Origin: an uncultured virus (IMG/VR IMGVR_UViG_3300028888_000072)
Lineage: Duplodnaviria; Heunggongvirae; Uroviricota; Caudoviricetes
IMG/VR virus record: IMGVR_UViG_3300028888_000072
Location: 1-64,000 of that record
DNA length: 64,000 nt
Direction: 5' to 3' (one strand)
The translations under genes and the position numbers were made by a program. Below the pieces are notes generated by a model. That model did not search any database. It saw nothing but the letters and a program-made list of their open reading frames with translations, and had not been told where the DNA came from. Shown here one piece after another: positions 18,901-29,034 of the stretch (its first letter is position 1; every line of letters begins with the position of its first letter).

Positions 18901-20823
18901 ATGAATGTTCCTTCAATATACACAACTGATTGGTACAATCGCGATAATGAGGATTATATTTTGACTAATGAAGATCTTGAGATTGGTTTTGTAAAAATTC
19001 CATCAAAGCAGTACTCAAGATTTCTATATAATGAAGACCGTGTTGAGCGTATCTGTAATGATAATTCAATGATCATTTCTGAAATGAAAGATCTGTTACG
19101 TTCAATGGGTCTTTATAACGTTTCATTCAGATTATCAAAGGATAATGAAACCGCATCTACGAATGGTTCTACAATTGAGGTAGGTTTGGGTAAGACTATT
19201 GAAACTGTAGATGATGCATATGATAAAATGGATAGATTAATCGGTATGACAATCCATGAAAGTTGTCATTGCCTTTATACTGACTTTACATATTTAAGTT
19301 CAGTTATTTCAAAGTACCCTGAATTGGTTCATCATATTCATAATGTTTTGGAAGATGAACTTATTGAGGAGAAGATTTGCAATAAATTCCCTGGATATAG
19401 TAATTTCTTGAGTAAGCTGAAGTATCAGATTTTTGAAAAATATATAGAGGATGCTTCAAATACAAATAATACATTATCTGAAATTTTGGCAATATTTTTC
19501 TATATTATTAGATATCCAAAATATCTTTCTTCAATTAAGAAATCATCATTAATTAAATATGAGGATCTTTTCAAAAAGATCAAATATATCGTAAGTGATA
19601 ATGATTGCTTCGATATTAAAAATGAATCTGTAACAAGATCAACTACTGCAGCTGCTATTCAGATTTACGAATTACTTAAAGAGTATATCAATAATTCTGA
19701 AAAAGAAGAAACTGAAGGAGAATCTAACAATAATTCTAAAGGTTATAATAAACCTAAATATTCAGATGACACTGATAATTCTGATGATCCTGAAGTTGAA
19801 ATTCGTGATAAAGATGACGATATTTTTAAGAATCAGGAAGCTTCGGAAATGGGAGGAAATGGAATCATTGCAATTTTATTAAATACTTATGAAGATATTT
19901 CATCAGAATCTGAATGTACAAACATTAAGAAAATGATTGTATATCATACCAAGATTTCTGAAAATAATAATGATAATATTTTGGAAGATCATAATATTCC
20001 TGGGATACACATGAAAATTTCTAAGGATGTTCATATGGTCAATACCAATTATCCTATTCATTATAATCAGTATTTGAATACTGTAAAGAATTATATTAAT
20101 TATGCAAAGAAACTGATTATTCCAAATAGCTATAGCTACGAAATCAAAACTGATAGGTTCAGAAGAAATGGTTCTTTAGATTCAAATCGTTTGGTTAATG
20201 CAATGTGCAATGAACAGACTGTATATGTTCAGAAACGTACTGTAATTAAATCAAATGATCCTGAATATGCATTAGTTCTCGCAATTGATGAATCAGGCTC
20301 AATGACCTGCGATAAACTTAATGAATTAGCTTCTGCATTTTCAATTATGATTTATGAAGCTCTTAAGGATTATCCAAAAATTAAGTTCTTTGTATATGGT
20401 CATGGAGATTGTGTATATAGATATTTGGATCCATTCACTCTTAAGTCAAAATATACATTAGGAAACAGAAATAGTCAGGGTGGACAGAATGAAGCAGAAA
20501 GCTATAGAATTATTGCTGAGGATGTAAAAAGATATACATCACTTCCAATCGTAGTATTCAATATTACTGATTCTTGTTATATTGCTAATGCTAATATGAT
20601 TAAAGAAGTAATTGATGATCTTCGTAATGACGTTAAACAACCAACATATTTTAATCTTATTGCATTAGGACATAATGCAGGAATTAATAGTAAACTTACA
20701 GGTTGGAATGATTCATTATATGGAGAAGGAAACTGGGTTATTTATAATCGTTCAAGAATTACATTTGAGATTAAGACTTTAATTGATGAGTTTACAAAAA
20801 TCATTAGAAAGAATTTTAAATAA
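18901..20823 (+). CDS. CobT-like protein: HExxH N-terminal domain, acidic linker, vWA domain
   Basis: HESCH...N..ED..IE, acidic linker, GSLD, LAIDESGSM (MIDAS DxSxS), ITD. Confidence 0.85.
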   Translation: MNVPSIYTTDWYNRDNEDYILTNEDLEIGFVKIPSKQYSRFLYNEDRVERICNDNSMIISEMKDLLRSMGLYNVSFRLSKDNETASTNGSTIEVGLGKTIETVDDAYDKMDRLIGMTIHESCHCLYTDFTYLSSVISKYPELVHHIHNVLEDELIEEKICNKFPGYSNFLSKLKYQIFEKYIEDASNTNNTLSEILAIFFYIIRYPKYLSSIKKSSLIKYEDLFKKIKYIVSDNDCFDIKNESVTRSTTAAAIQIYELLKEYINNSEKEETEGESNNNSKGYNKPKYSDDTDNSDDPEVEIRDKDDDIFKNQEASEMGGNGIIAILLNTYEDISSESECTNIKKMIVYHTKISENNNDNILEDHNIPGIHMKISKDVHMVNTNYPIHYNQYLNTVKNYINYAKKLIIPNSYSYEIKTDRFRRNGSLDSNRLVNAMCNEQTVYVQKRTVIKSNDPEYALVLAIDESGSMTCDKLNELASAFSIMIYEALKDYPKIKFFVYGHGDCVYRYLDPFTLKSKYTLGNRNSQGGQNEAESYRIIAEDVKRYTSLPIVVFNITDSCYIANANMIKEVIDDLRNDVKQPTYFNLIALGHNAGINSKLTGWNDSLYGEGNWVIYNRSRITFEIKTLIDEFTKIIRKNFK

Positions 20824-20871
20824 TAAAATCAAATTGTTTATTTTTATATAATAAATAATGTATGATTTATC

Positions 20872-21489
20872 ATGAATCTATTAAATGTATTATTAAGTAA
20901 TATTGAATATAATAAAACCCATCCAAATAATCCAAGGGCTGAAACAATTTTAAGACATTTTAGAATATACGGAAAAAAATCTAATACAGTTAGACTTTTT
21001 GAACTTCCTAAAGATGTTCAGAATTTTTTTATTGAAAGTGCAAATGGAGAAATTAAAGATGGAAACTTTGACGTTAATGCAATTTCTGATATGTTTTCAG
21101 CATTTGATCCATCTAATATAGAATTTTTGGGTGGTAAGAAAATATCTGAAATTATAGAAAGTATTAATACAAGAATTAGTCAGGATACTCCTTATCACAG
21201 TTTAACTGAATTACAATATAAAATAGAAGACTTAGGAAAAGCAATATCTACATACTTATCATCTAATGATCAATCAGAATTAGATAAGGTTAATAAATTG
21301 ATTGATGATTATAATGATGAAAAGGATACGGAATTCTATATAATAATGTTTCCAAAGTTTAATGATGAAACTATTGATTCTGTTGCGAAATCATATAATG
21401 GTAGAATTATATTCCCTGATGAATTAACTATATATAGTGATGCTCAGAAAGAATATATTAAAGATAAGATAATGACAGGAAAACCATAA
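20872..21489 (+). CDS. Hypothetical protein
   Basis: 205-aa ORF. Confidence 0.75.
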   Translation: MNLLNVLLSNIEYNKTHPNNPRAETILRHFRIYGKKSNTVRLFELPKDVQNFFIESANGEIKDGNFDVNAISDMFSAFDPSNIEFLGGKKISEIIESINTRISQDTPYHSLTELQYKIEDLGKAISTYLSSNDQSELDKVNKLIDDYNDEKDTEFYIIMFPKFNDETIDSVAKSYNGRIIFPDELTIYSDAQKEYIKDKIMTGKP

Positions 21490-21510
21490 AATTATATATG
21501 CATAAATAAA

Positions 21511-22821
21511 ATGAATTATATAGATCTTATATTACAAGTTTATGGATCAATTATTGTAAAGGATTATGAAGATACTTATTTTTTATTGATTCCTTTATAT
21601 AATGGTTCTATAAATAATTGTATATATGTTCATTTAGATAAAATTGATAAAGAAGCAATTAATGAATTCATTACAAAATTTAATGAATACGATAATGAAG
21701 GAAAAATTGATCTTTTATTAAATGGTGTAGAAAATTTTGCACCAATAGATTCATATTACATATCTGAATCTTTGGCTAATCAATTAGAAAATTCTATTGG
21801 AGAAGAATTACCAATTGATGAGGAAGAGGAAGAAGAAATTGAAGAACCTGAAGAAGATGATGAAGATCCAACTGTAGAAGAAATTCCTGAAGAGGAAGAA
21901 CCATTAGAAGAAGAAATTACTTTAGATGACATAACATATCCAGATTATTTAATTATGGGTGCTGATGGAATAAGAATTAATGATTATTGGCAACCTATAT
22001 TAAATAATGAAAATATTAATAATATTGATTATCTTATATTTAAGAACAAACTTAAAGATAATGTATTTACTGAAGAAGAATTATTAGCATTAAATTCTAC
22101 ATTTATGCAAACAATTCAAAGATATAGTACATTTAATGATTACAATTTAGGTACAAATGCAATATATAAAGCAGTAATTGATTTTTATGCTAATGGACAA
22201 TATGATGCTGCTACGATATTGATGAATACAATATTTAATGGAAATATATCAACGACAACTGTTACATCAACTTGTGGATGTGGCACACAATCAACATGTG
22301 CAACATCATTATCATCAAGTTCAACTGGCATAAATACAGGTACTGAAATAATTCCTATTGATACTGCTTCTTGCATAGATAAATATAAAGCTGCAATGTA
22401 TCAATGGCTTATACAAATGCTAAGTGATACAAGTTTTTATTGTTGTTGGATGTTTACTGAAAATGAAGAATTAGATGAATCAAATCCTAATACATTATTG
22501 ATTGATATGCTAATTCAGTTATTAGAAGAATTCTTAGAATTAGGAATAGATTTATCAAATCTTGGTAATGTATCTACAACAGCTTGTAATTGTGGGCATA
22601 CGAACAAATATAATGGGTATAAGAATAATTTAAATGATTGTTCAGATTTATTAAATAACAATATTAATGATAGTCTTAATAATTGTTCAAACTATGGAAT
22701 TATTACTAATTATATTAAAGTACTTAAATGGGTTCGTAATAATGAAATAGAAGAAAATAAGAATAAGATATATATTTACGGAAAACAATTTGCAGAAATT
22801 TTTCCATTACTTAATTTCTAA
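21511..22821 (+). CDS. Hypothetical protein with acidic tract and Cys clusters
   Basis: Poly-E/D stretch; CGCG, YCCW and CNCGH motifs. Confidence 0.75.
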   Translation: MNYIDLILQVYGSIIVKDYEDTYFLLIPLYNGSINNCIYVHLDKIDKEAINEFITKFNEYDNEGKIDLLLNGVENFAPIDSYYISESLANQLENSIGEELPIDEEEEEEIEEPEEDDEDPTVEEIPEEEEPLEEEITLDDITYPDYLIMGADGIRINDYWQPILNNENINNIDYLIFKNKLKDNVFTEEELLALNSTFMQTIQRYSTFNDYNLGTNAIYKAVIDFYANGQYDAATILMNTIFNGNISTTTVTSTCGCGTQSTCATSLSSSSTGINTGTEIIPIDTASCIDKYKAAMYQWLIQMLSDTSFYCCWMFTENEELDESNPNTLLIDMLIQLLEEFLELGIDLSNLGNVSTTACNCGHTNKYNGYKNNLNDCSDLLNNNINDSLNNCSNYGIITNYIKVLKWVRNNEIEENKNKIYIYGKQFAEIFPLLNF

Positions 22822-22865
22822 TATTAAATATTTGAAATATCTAAACAAATAAATTATTATATAAT

Positions 22866-23087
22866 ATGAAGAATATTGCTAATTATATCGATGATTATAT
22901 TGAAGATGATCTTTATGAATGCACTTCAAGAAACATTAAAGATATGAAAGACCGTATGAAGGCGTTTAAACGTGGTTCTCGAGAAGAAGAAATTGAAGCA
23001 CATGGACGTCCAATATCATATAATAAGACTTTTAGAGATAGAAGCAAATATACAAGAAAAGATAAGCATAAGAAATCTTATGAATAA
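22866..23087 (+). CDS. Small basic-tailed protein, ArfA/BrfA-like candidate
   Basis: C-terminal KTFRDRSKYTRKDKHKK carries the YxRKxKH pattern of ArfA; the function is inference. Confidence 0.45.
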   Translation: MKNIANYIDDYIEDDLYECTSRNIKDMKDRMKAFKRGSREEEIEAHGRPISYNKTFRDRSKYTRKDKHKKSYE

Positions 23088-23114
23088 ATATAAATATACA
23101 TATAATTTATAATC

Positions 23115-23477
23115 ATGAAACATTTAACAGATTACATTTCAGAAGCAGCTGTTGAACAAAAGATTAATGAAGCTGAATCTGTAACTATTTCTTTTGATTT
23201 TAAAGATTTAGAAAATGGTGAAGAAACACTTGAATCATTAAAGGATAAAGAAGGCTGTACTGTAGAAGATACAAAACTTACCGTAACTATTGATAAAGAC
23301 AATGTTGATAAGCTAGGTACTGTTCAAGATATCTTACAACAATTTACTGCAACTATTAGAAAATCTACTAAAACAACTAATGATGAAACATATGCTCAGA
23401 AGACTGCTAAATTTGAAAAGAAGTTAGGTGAGTTTAATGATGCTATTGATCAAATCAAAAATCCTGAAGAAGAATAA
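23115..23477 (+). CDS. Hypothetical protein with capsid-targeting-like leader
   Basis: Starts MKHLTDYISE-A...KINE-A. Confidence 0.7.
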   Translation: MKHLTDYISEAAVEQKINEAESVTISFDFKDLENGEETLESLKDKEGCTVEDTKLTVTIDKDNVDKLGTVQDILQQFTATIRKSTKTTNDETYAQKTAKFEKKLGEFNDAIDQIKNPEEE

Positions 23478-23537
23478 TACTTTGTAAAAATAAATTTATT
23501 ATAAAGTATAGATTAATTTCATCATAGAATATTCTAG

Positions 23538-23613
23538 AAAGCTTGCTAAGACCTTCGAAACTGTATAATTATAAATTATAATATAACTTATTTCGAAGGT
23601 CTTAGCAAGCTTT
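23538..23613. repeat. Perfect 23-bp inverted repeat with 30-nt AT-rich spacer
   Basis: aaagcttgctaagaccttcgaaa (23538-23560) and tttcgaaggtcttagcaagcttt (23591-23613). Confidence 0.95.
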
Positions 23614-23633
23614 AGAATGCATATTACATAATA

Positions 23634-24008
23634 TCATCTATAATACGCATTATTATAAATTATAAATTCTTCTTCATCAATATTTTCTGTCTTCATTAGT
23701 TCTTCATTCGATACTTTAACCAAATTATCAAAATTATATCGAATTAATTTTAATTTATTCTTTAATATGTCAAGTTCAACGGGATTTTCTGATATAACAA
23801 ATAAATAATCAACATCATTAATTTTTTTAAATGTAAATGGTATAGACATTTTCTTTACTTTATAAATCATATCAAGAAAAGCATATGATGTTAAGAATTC
23901 ATCTAATGTCTGTTTCTTATCTATTTTTCCTTTTTCTAATAATTCAGTTTCAATCTTATATTTGCATATAACTAATTGTTCAATATTGTTTATATTTACA
24001 ATTTCCAT
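23634..24008 (-). CDS. Hypothetical protein
   Basis: 124-aa ORF. Confidence 0.65.
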   Translation of the reverse strand: MEIVNINNIEQLVICKYKIETELLEKGKIDKKQTLDEFLTSYAFLDMIYKVKKMSIPFTFKKINDVDYLFVISENPVELDILKNKLKLIRYNFDNLVKVSNEELMKTENIDEEEFIIYNNAYYR

Positions 24009-24096
24009 TTAATTAAGAAATATATTTTTATATAAAATAGTTATAAGAAATTAATAAAATCAAATTATTTTTATATATAATTATAGATTAACATAA

Positions 24097-25257
24097 ATGG
24101 ATAATGTATTTAATAGAGATAATGAACCTTGGATAAGACCATGGAATGAAGAGAAATTTGATGATCTATATAATAGGGATGAAAGATTTTTTGCATTGGT
24201 CATTAAAGGATTATTATCTTGGCTTAATAGAAATATCGTTTTATATAATAAGTCAATTAATCATTTTGTATATAATACAGGTTCATCATATTTATATATT
24301 GAATCAAATGGATATGAATATTCAGTAAATGAAACTACTGGAGAAGATACTATGTATATGACATTACCACGATGCGTTATTGAGTTGGCTGATGTTAATA
24401 TACCAACCGATGAATTGTCTTCTCCTTATGGACGTGGTTATTATGAACATCGTTCTGGTAATATGATATGTGGTTATAATGCAGACATAAGACGTCTTCC
24501 ATTAGAACTTACAATTAATGCTAAATATTATTTATCAAACTTTAATGAATCAATTGTTTTATTACAAGAATTAATTGATAAGATGATATTTCAAAAATAT
24601 TATAAGATTACATATTTAGGACAAGAAATACAATGTTCTATTGAGTTTCCTGGATCTATGAATCCTGAACTTAATAAAATTGACATGAGTTCTCCAGAGC
24701 CAAATCAACGTAATGTTACGTTAGATTTTAAAATCTGTACAAACTATCCTGTTATAAATGAACGTTCAGAAATACCTACTGATAAAGTTATTGCTACTTG
24801 GGGTTCAACTGTTCACTTAAGAACTAATGATGATAATAAAACATTAGGAAAAGAAAATGATAGAGATAGACGTGGTGGAATATTAAATAGTCAATCTGAT
24901 GGATATGATGATATGGGGTTAGAACTACGTCAATTTAAGAATAAAGAATCTGATGTAGTTGATCATGATGAAGAAAACATATTAAAAGGATTAGACTTTA
25001 ATAAAGATGGTAAGATAGATAAAGATGATATAATCAAAATATTAGATTATATTAAATATGGTCATTATGTAACTGAAGCTGATTTAAATAATGATTTACG
25101 AATCAATTATGATGATCTTACACAAGTATTAAAAATAGTTAATGATCAAAAAGATATATCGGTTGATTATGATGAATTTATGAATAAGATTTATATTAAT
25201 CACACTGATACTGGAGAACAAGAAGAAATAGATTTAACGAAATATAAAATTGAATAA
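24097..25257 (+). CDS. Tail terminator/sheath stabiliser (gp15-like) with C-terminal dockerin-like EF-hand pair
   Basis: LPR..IE...P.EL...Y.....I..LQELI pattern resembles gp15-like proteins; DFNKDGKIDKDD and DLNNDLRINYDD Ca-binding repeats. Confidence 0.55.
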   Translation: MDNVFNRDNEPWIRPWNEEKFDDLYNRDERFFALVIKGLLSWLNRNIVLYNKSINHFVYNTGSSYLYIESNGYEYSVNETTGEDTMYMTLPRCVIELADVNIPTDELSSPYGRGYYEHRSGNMICGYNADIRRLPLELTINAKYYLSNFNESIVLLQELIDKMIFQKYYKITYLGQEIQCSIEFPGSMNPELNKIDMSSPEPNQRNVTLDFKICTNYPVINERSEIPTDKVIATWGSTVHLRTNDDNKTLGKENDRDRRGGILNSQSDGYDDMGLELRQFKNKESDVVDHDEENILKGLDFNKDGKIDKDDIIKILDYIKYGHYVTEADLNNDLRINYDDLTQVLKIVNDQKDISVDYDEFMNKIYINHTDTGEQEEIDLTKYKIE

Positions 25258-25264
25258 TTAATAT

Positions 25265-25942
25265 ATGGCTAACGAAACTCAAAGAGTTCCAACTAATATT
25301 GGAAATAAAGAAAATTCATTAGGTAAAGAACTTAATATCATTATATCTAATGGAAGTGAAATTCAGTTCGCTCAATTAGAATCAAGTGGCACCCCAGTTC
25401 AAGTAAAGAATGCATTAATAATTGCTATACCTCAAGATTCTAATGGAAACGATATTCAAAAGGCTGCATCATTATGGCTAAGTGATAAAGATGGATACCT
25501 TTTAGAATTAGCTAAACCTATATCTGAAACTAGTTCAGGTGGAACAATTTCACAAGCAAATATAGATGCACTTTATGAACAATTTGTACAAGCATTAAAT
25601 ACAGCAATACAAAATGCAAAAGACGTTATATCACGTGAAGTAAATAAACAATTTACTGAAGTAAATGAAGATATTACTAAAGGAGTTCAAAATGCTCATA
25701 ATAAAATTAATTCAATAAATGAATATTTAGATCAAAATATACATAAAGTAATATGGGCTAATCCAAATATTGCATATCTTGCTTATAAAGTTAGAACATT
25801 ATGTGAACAACATCAAATATCATTTGATATTGATAATAAATATTCTGATACTGATGTTCTTCATAATGAGCATCATTCATTAGAACAAAGAATTACACAA
25901 CTAGAAGAACAGATAAATCAATTAACAAATGGCGGTCATTAA
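25265..25942 (+). CDS. Hypothetical virion-associated protein with coiled coil
   Basis: 225 aa, C-terminal LEQRITQLEEQINQL. Confidence 0.7.
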   Translation: MANETQRVPTNIGNKENSLGKELNIIISNGSEIQFAQLESSGTPVQVKNALIIAIPQDSNGNDIQKAASLWLSDKDGYLLELAKPISETSSGGTISQANIDALYEQFVQALNTAIQNAKDVISREVNKQFTEVNEDITKGVQNAHNKINSINEYLDQNIHKVIWANPNIAYLAYKVRTLCEQHQISFDIDNKYSDTDVLHNEHHSLEQRITQLEEQINQLTNGGH

Positions 25943-25954
25943 CAACCGCCATTT
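25927..25954. terminator. Hairpin at convergent gene ends
   Basis: aaatggcggt-cattaaca-accgccattt. Confidence 0.65.
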
Positions 25955-26002
25955 ATTATTTATTACCAACTTTATTTGTTGGTTGTTTTGTAAATTCTTT
26001 CC

Positions 26003-27967
26003 TTAACGCCTTAATATATTGTTTGTTTTATTTCCTAAATCATTAACTCCTCGTTTCAAATAATCACTTAAATTAAAATTACTTATATTCTGTTTAGTGT
26101 GTTGCCAATCATATGCAGAATATTCATTAGCAGGCTTATATTTTTCAAACACAGGATTTCCGTTTTCATCATAAGTATATGGGGGCATTGTATTTTCATG
26201 AACACCATGCTTAAGCATTTCTAACTTATCTTTAAAATATGCTGAGCCAATACCAACATCTCCGTAAAGATTTCCTTGTGGAGCGTCAGTAGATTTTGAA
26301 GAACCTAAAAATCCTAAAATATAATTTGTACCTAAATCACCAAGTAAGTCATTATGTTCAAATAAACCATTCATTAATGCTTCAGTTGCATCTACTGCTT
26401 TTTGATATGTTTTAGGTTTGTTTACTAATCCAAGAATCGTACCGCCTTGAGCTATATTTCCAAATGTTTCAGATAATGCTTTATAACGTTCTAATTGCTT
26501 TTCATGAGCAACACTTGTTGCATCTCCTGTAAAACTATTACCATTTAAAAGAGAAGCTGCTGCCTGAGTTCCACCCATGTTTCTTCTATCTATTCCTGTT
26601 GCTGTTATTGAAGAGTTATCTTGGAATGTAGAATATTGATTAAAATAGAATCCGTTTGTTCCATACATCATTTCAAAAAATTCATTCATGGAATGCTCAG
26701 TACTCATTGAATATGTAATCTTTATAGAATTCTTACCTAATTGAAATGGTTCTTCATTTGACATTGAACCTGGTATTACACCAGCAAATGTTTCCATATC
26801 AAATTCACAATCATATAATGAATAGATTTTAAATGACATTCTATCTTGTATTTCCCCATTATATCCTGCTATAGTTTTATAATTTACTTTTTCCTTGCCA
26901 ATTGTATTTAATAGTTTTCCGCCTAAACCGCCTGCTAATCCATTTACATCTATACCCATGAATTCCATTTTCTTATTTGTCATAAATGAAGTATGCAAAT
27001 ATCTTAAAGGTGTCTGAAATATAATAATTGACATATTAAATTTACGAAGGTTTTCAGGTATTATTTCTTTATGATTATAATCATCCCAACATGCATATTT
27101 ATATAATGACATTAATGTTGTAAGACGCATATCTATAGCATCAGGATTTAATTCTATTTCAATTGATCTTTCTTTTGAAAATTCATCCACTATAGGAATT
27201 GATAATTTATCTAATCCATGTACTCCTTTAAAATACCAAGGAGCATTATTGCATATATAACTTAATATTGAAGTAAATTTATATAATGCATTTATTCTAT
27301 CTTTAGGATTTTCTTCCCTATACATATCTCCTACATTATATAAATATCTTGCAGCGCCATTTGGAGCAGTATGAAATACATCTGAATTTAAAAGTCCACC
27401 AAATAACCCATGACCAGTATCAAAATCAAAAAATATCTTAAAATAAAACCATGCAGGTTCATCAAATATACTACCTAATTGTTTTTGCCATATAGCACGT
27501 TCATTAATAAAATCTGCATAACCCCAAGTAGGAAGCTTCAAATTAAAATTATCTGTATATGGATTTGCATCTACTGGATGTTCATATGATGAATCAATAT
27601 TTTGTGATCTTTCACCACCCATGAATCCCATTTTACCAGGGTTTCCAACTCCAGTATATTTTGTTCTAAATCCTTTTATTAATGATACTGAATCTGATTT
27701 TCTATAATTTGCTTGTGTTAATCCACCACTACGAATACCATCATATGCACTACCTGAATTTGTTCCATATATTTTAGATATCTCAGAAACAGCACTTGAA
27801 TTGACACCTTTTATATTTCCATTTGCATCATATTCGTACTCATTATAGCCCATTTTTCCATTTGCGCTATCTTTTCCTAATCCTTTTAATATTCCACCAG
27901 TTAAACCATCTCTTAATGCTTCTTTACCTGCATTAAGTACTGTCTTGCCTAAATCTAAAAAACTCAT
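26003..27967 (-). CDS. Putative tail/baseplate structural protein
   Basis: 654-aa ORF in the structural cluster, Gly-rich segments; exact family not recognised. Confidence 0.6.
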   Translation of the reverse strand: MSFLDLGKTVLNAGKEALRDGLTGGILKGLGKDSANGKMGYNEYEYDANGNIKGVNSSAVSEISKIYGTNSGSAYDGIRSGGLTQANYRKSDSVSLIKGFRTKYTGVGNPGKMGFMGGERSQNIDSSYEHPVDANPYTDNFNLKLPTWGYADFINERAIWQKQLGSIFDEPAWFYFKIFFDFDTGHGLFGGLLNSDVFHTAPNGAARYLYNVGDMYREENPKDRINALYKFTSILSYICNNAPWYFKGVHGLDKLSIPIVDEFSKERSIEIELNPDAIDMRLTTLMSLYKYACWDDYNHKEIIPENLRKFNMSIIIFQTPLRYLHTSFMTNKKMEFMGIDVNGLAGGLGGKLLNTIGKEKVNYKTIAGYNGEIQDRMSFKIYSLYDCEFDMETFAGVIPGSMSNEEPFQLGKNSIKITYSMSTEHSMNEFFEMMYGTNGFYFNQYSTFQDNSSITATGIDRRNMGGTQAAASLLNGNSFTGDATSVAHEKQLERYKALSETFGNIAQGGTILGLVNKPKTYQKAVDATEALMNGLFEHNDLLGDLGTNYILGFLGSSKSTDAPQGNLYGDVGIGSAYFKDKLEMLKHGVHENTMPPYTYDENGNPVFEKYKPANEYSAYDWQHTKQNISNFNLSDYLKRGVNDLGNKTNNILRR

Positions 27968-27981
27968 TTAACTTATTAATA

Positions 27982-29034
27982 TTATATTTGTGATGTAAAT
28001 GTATTTGTCATTAATAACTCGTCTCCTAATTTTGAATTTTCATCTAAATATTTAAATTTAACATTATAATTAATATCATTTGTTTTAGAATACATTTTTG
28101 CTGTGCCATTTATATAATCTACATAACTTACATATGAATCATTAATATTTTCATTTGTTATTTTAATGTCAGATATATCATAATTTTCAAACTTTTGATA
28201 ATAATTCCAAAAATCTTTTAAATTATAGACATGTTTTGAAAATGGCTTACTATTATGAATTACTATTATATCTGATTCCATCCAATATTCAGTATTCTTA
28301 ACTTCAATTATCTTATGATACTTCTTAAATAATTCTACTGCTAAATTCTGTATCTTTTCTAATAATGATATATTTGTATTATCCATTATCTTTTGAGATA
28401 ATTCAAATTCATTAATTGTACTATAATCATAATTATCTTCAAATTTCAAAAGCCAATTTCCAGTTCTATCAAATTTGATATTTAATATTCTATCATTTAA
28501 ATCAATAATAAATAAGAAAGGATTGTCATCAGTTTCTGAAAGAATAAATGAATTATTTTCTTCGTTTTCTGTTCCTAGATATATTCCATTTTCAAATCTT
28601 ATTCTAAAATCATAAATGTTTCCTATTGTAAGTTTAATGATATCTGATAAATGAGATACATTAATATTTTCTTGAAGAATCAGTTTTAAATCATATACTA
28701 ATCCTTCAATAATAGGTACGAATTTATTAACAAATTCAGTTTTTGAAATTTCTAATGAATCAAGAGTTTTAACGATATATGAATTATCTTTATTAAATTC
28801 ATTTTCAAAAATATCGTTATAATTATCTTCACTATTAATTAATGTAAACATATGATATAAGAATTCCCAATTAATATATTTTGATATATAATCTTTAAGG
28901 AATTTTCCTAATGCATCATTATATAATTCATTATGCACAATATTATATTTGTCAGATAAATAATCATCTAACTTTACAGGACGTGAATTATATATTACGT
29001 CATTATATTCTGATATTGATTCGTAATGCTTCAT
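27982..29034 (-). CDS. Hypothetical protein
   Basis: 350-aa ORF with a 1-nt overlap to the upstream gene. Confidence 0.75.
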   Translation of the reverse strand: MKHYESISEYNDVIYNSRPVKLDDYLSDKYNIVHNELYNDALGKFLKDYISKYINWEFLYHMFTLINSEDNYNDIFENEFNKDNSYIVKTLDSLEISKTEFVNKFVPIIEGLVYDLKLILQENINVSHLSDIIKLTIGNIYDFRIRFENGIYLGTENEENNSFILSETDDNPFLFIIDLNDRILNIKFDRTGNWLLKFEDNYDYSTINEFELSQKIMDNTNISLLEKIQNLAVELFKKYHKIIEVKNTEYWMESDIIVIHNSKPFSKHVYNLKDFWNYYQKFENYDISDIKITNENINDSYVSYVDYINGTAKMYSKTNDINYNVKFKYLDENSKLGDELLMTNTFTSQI

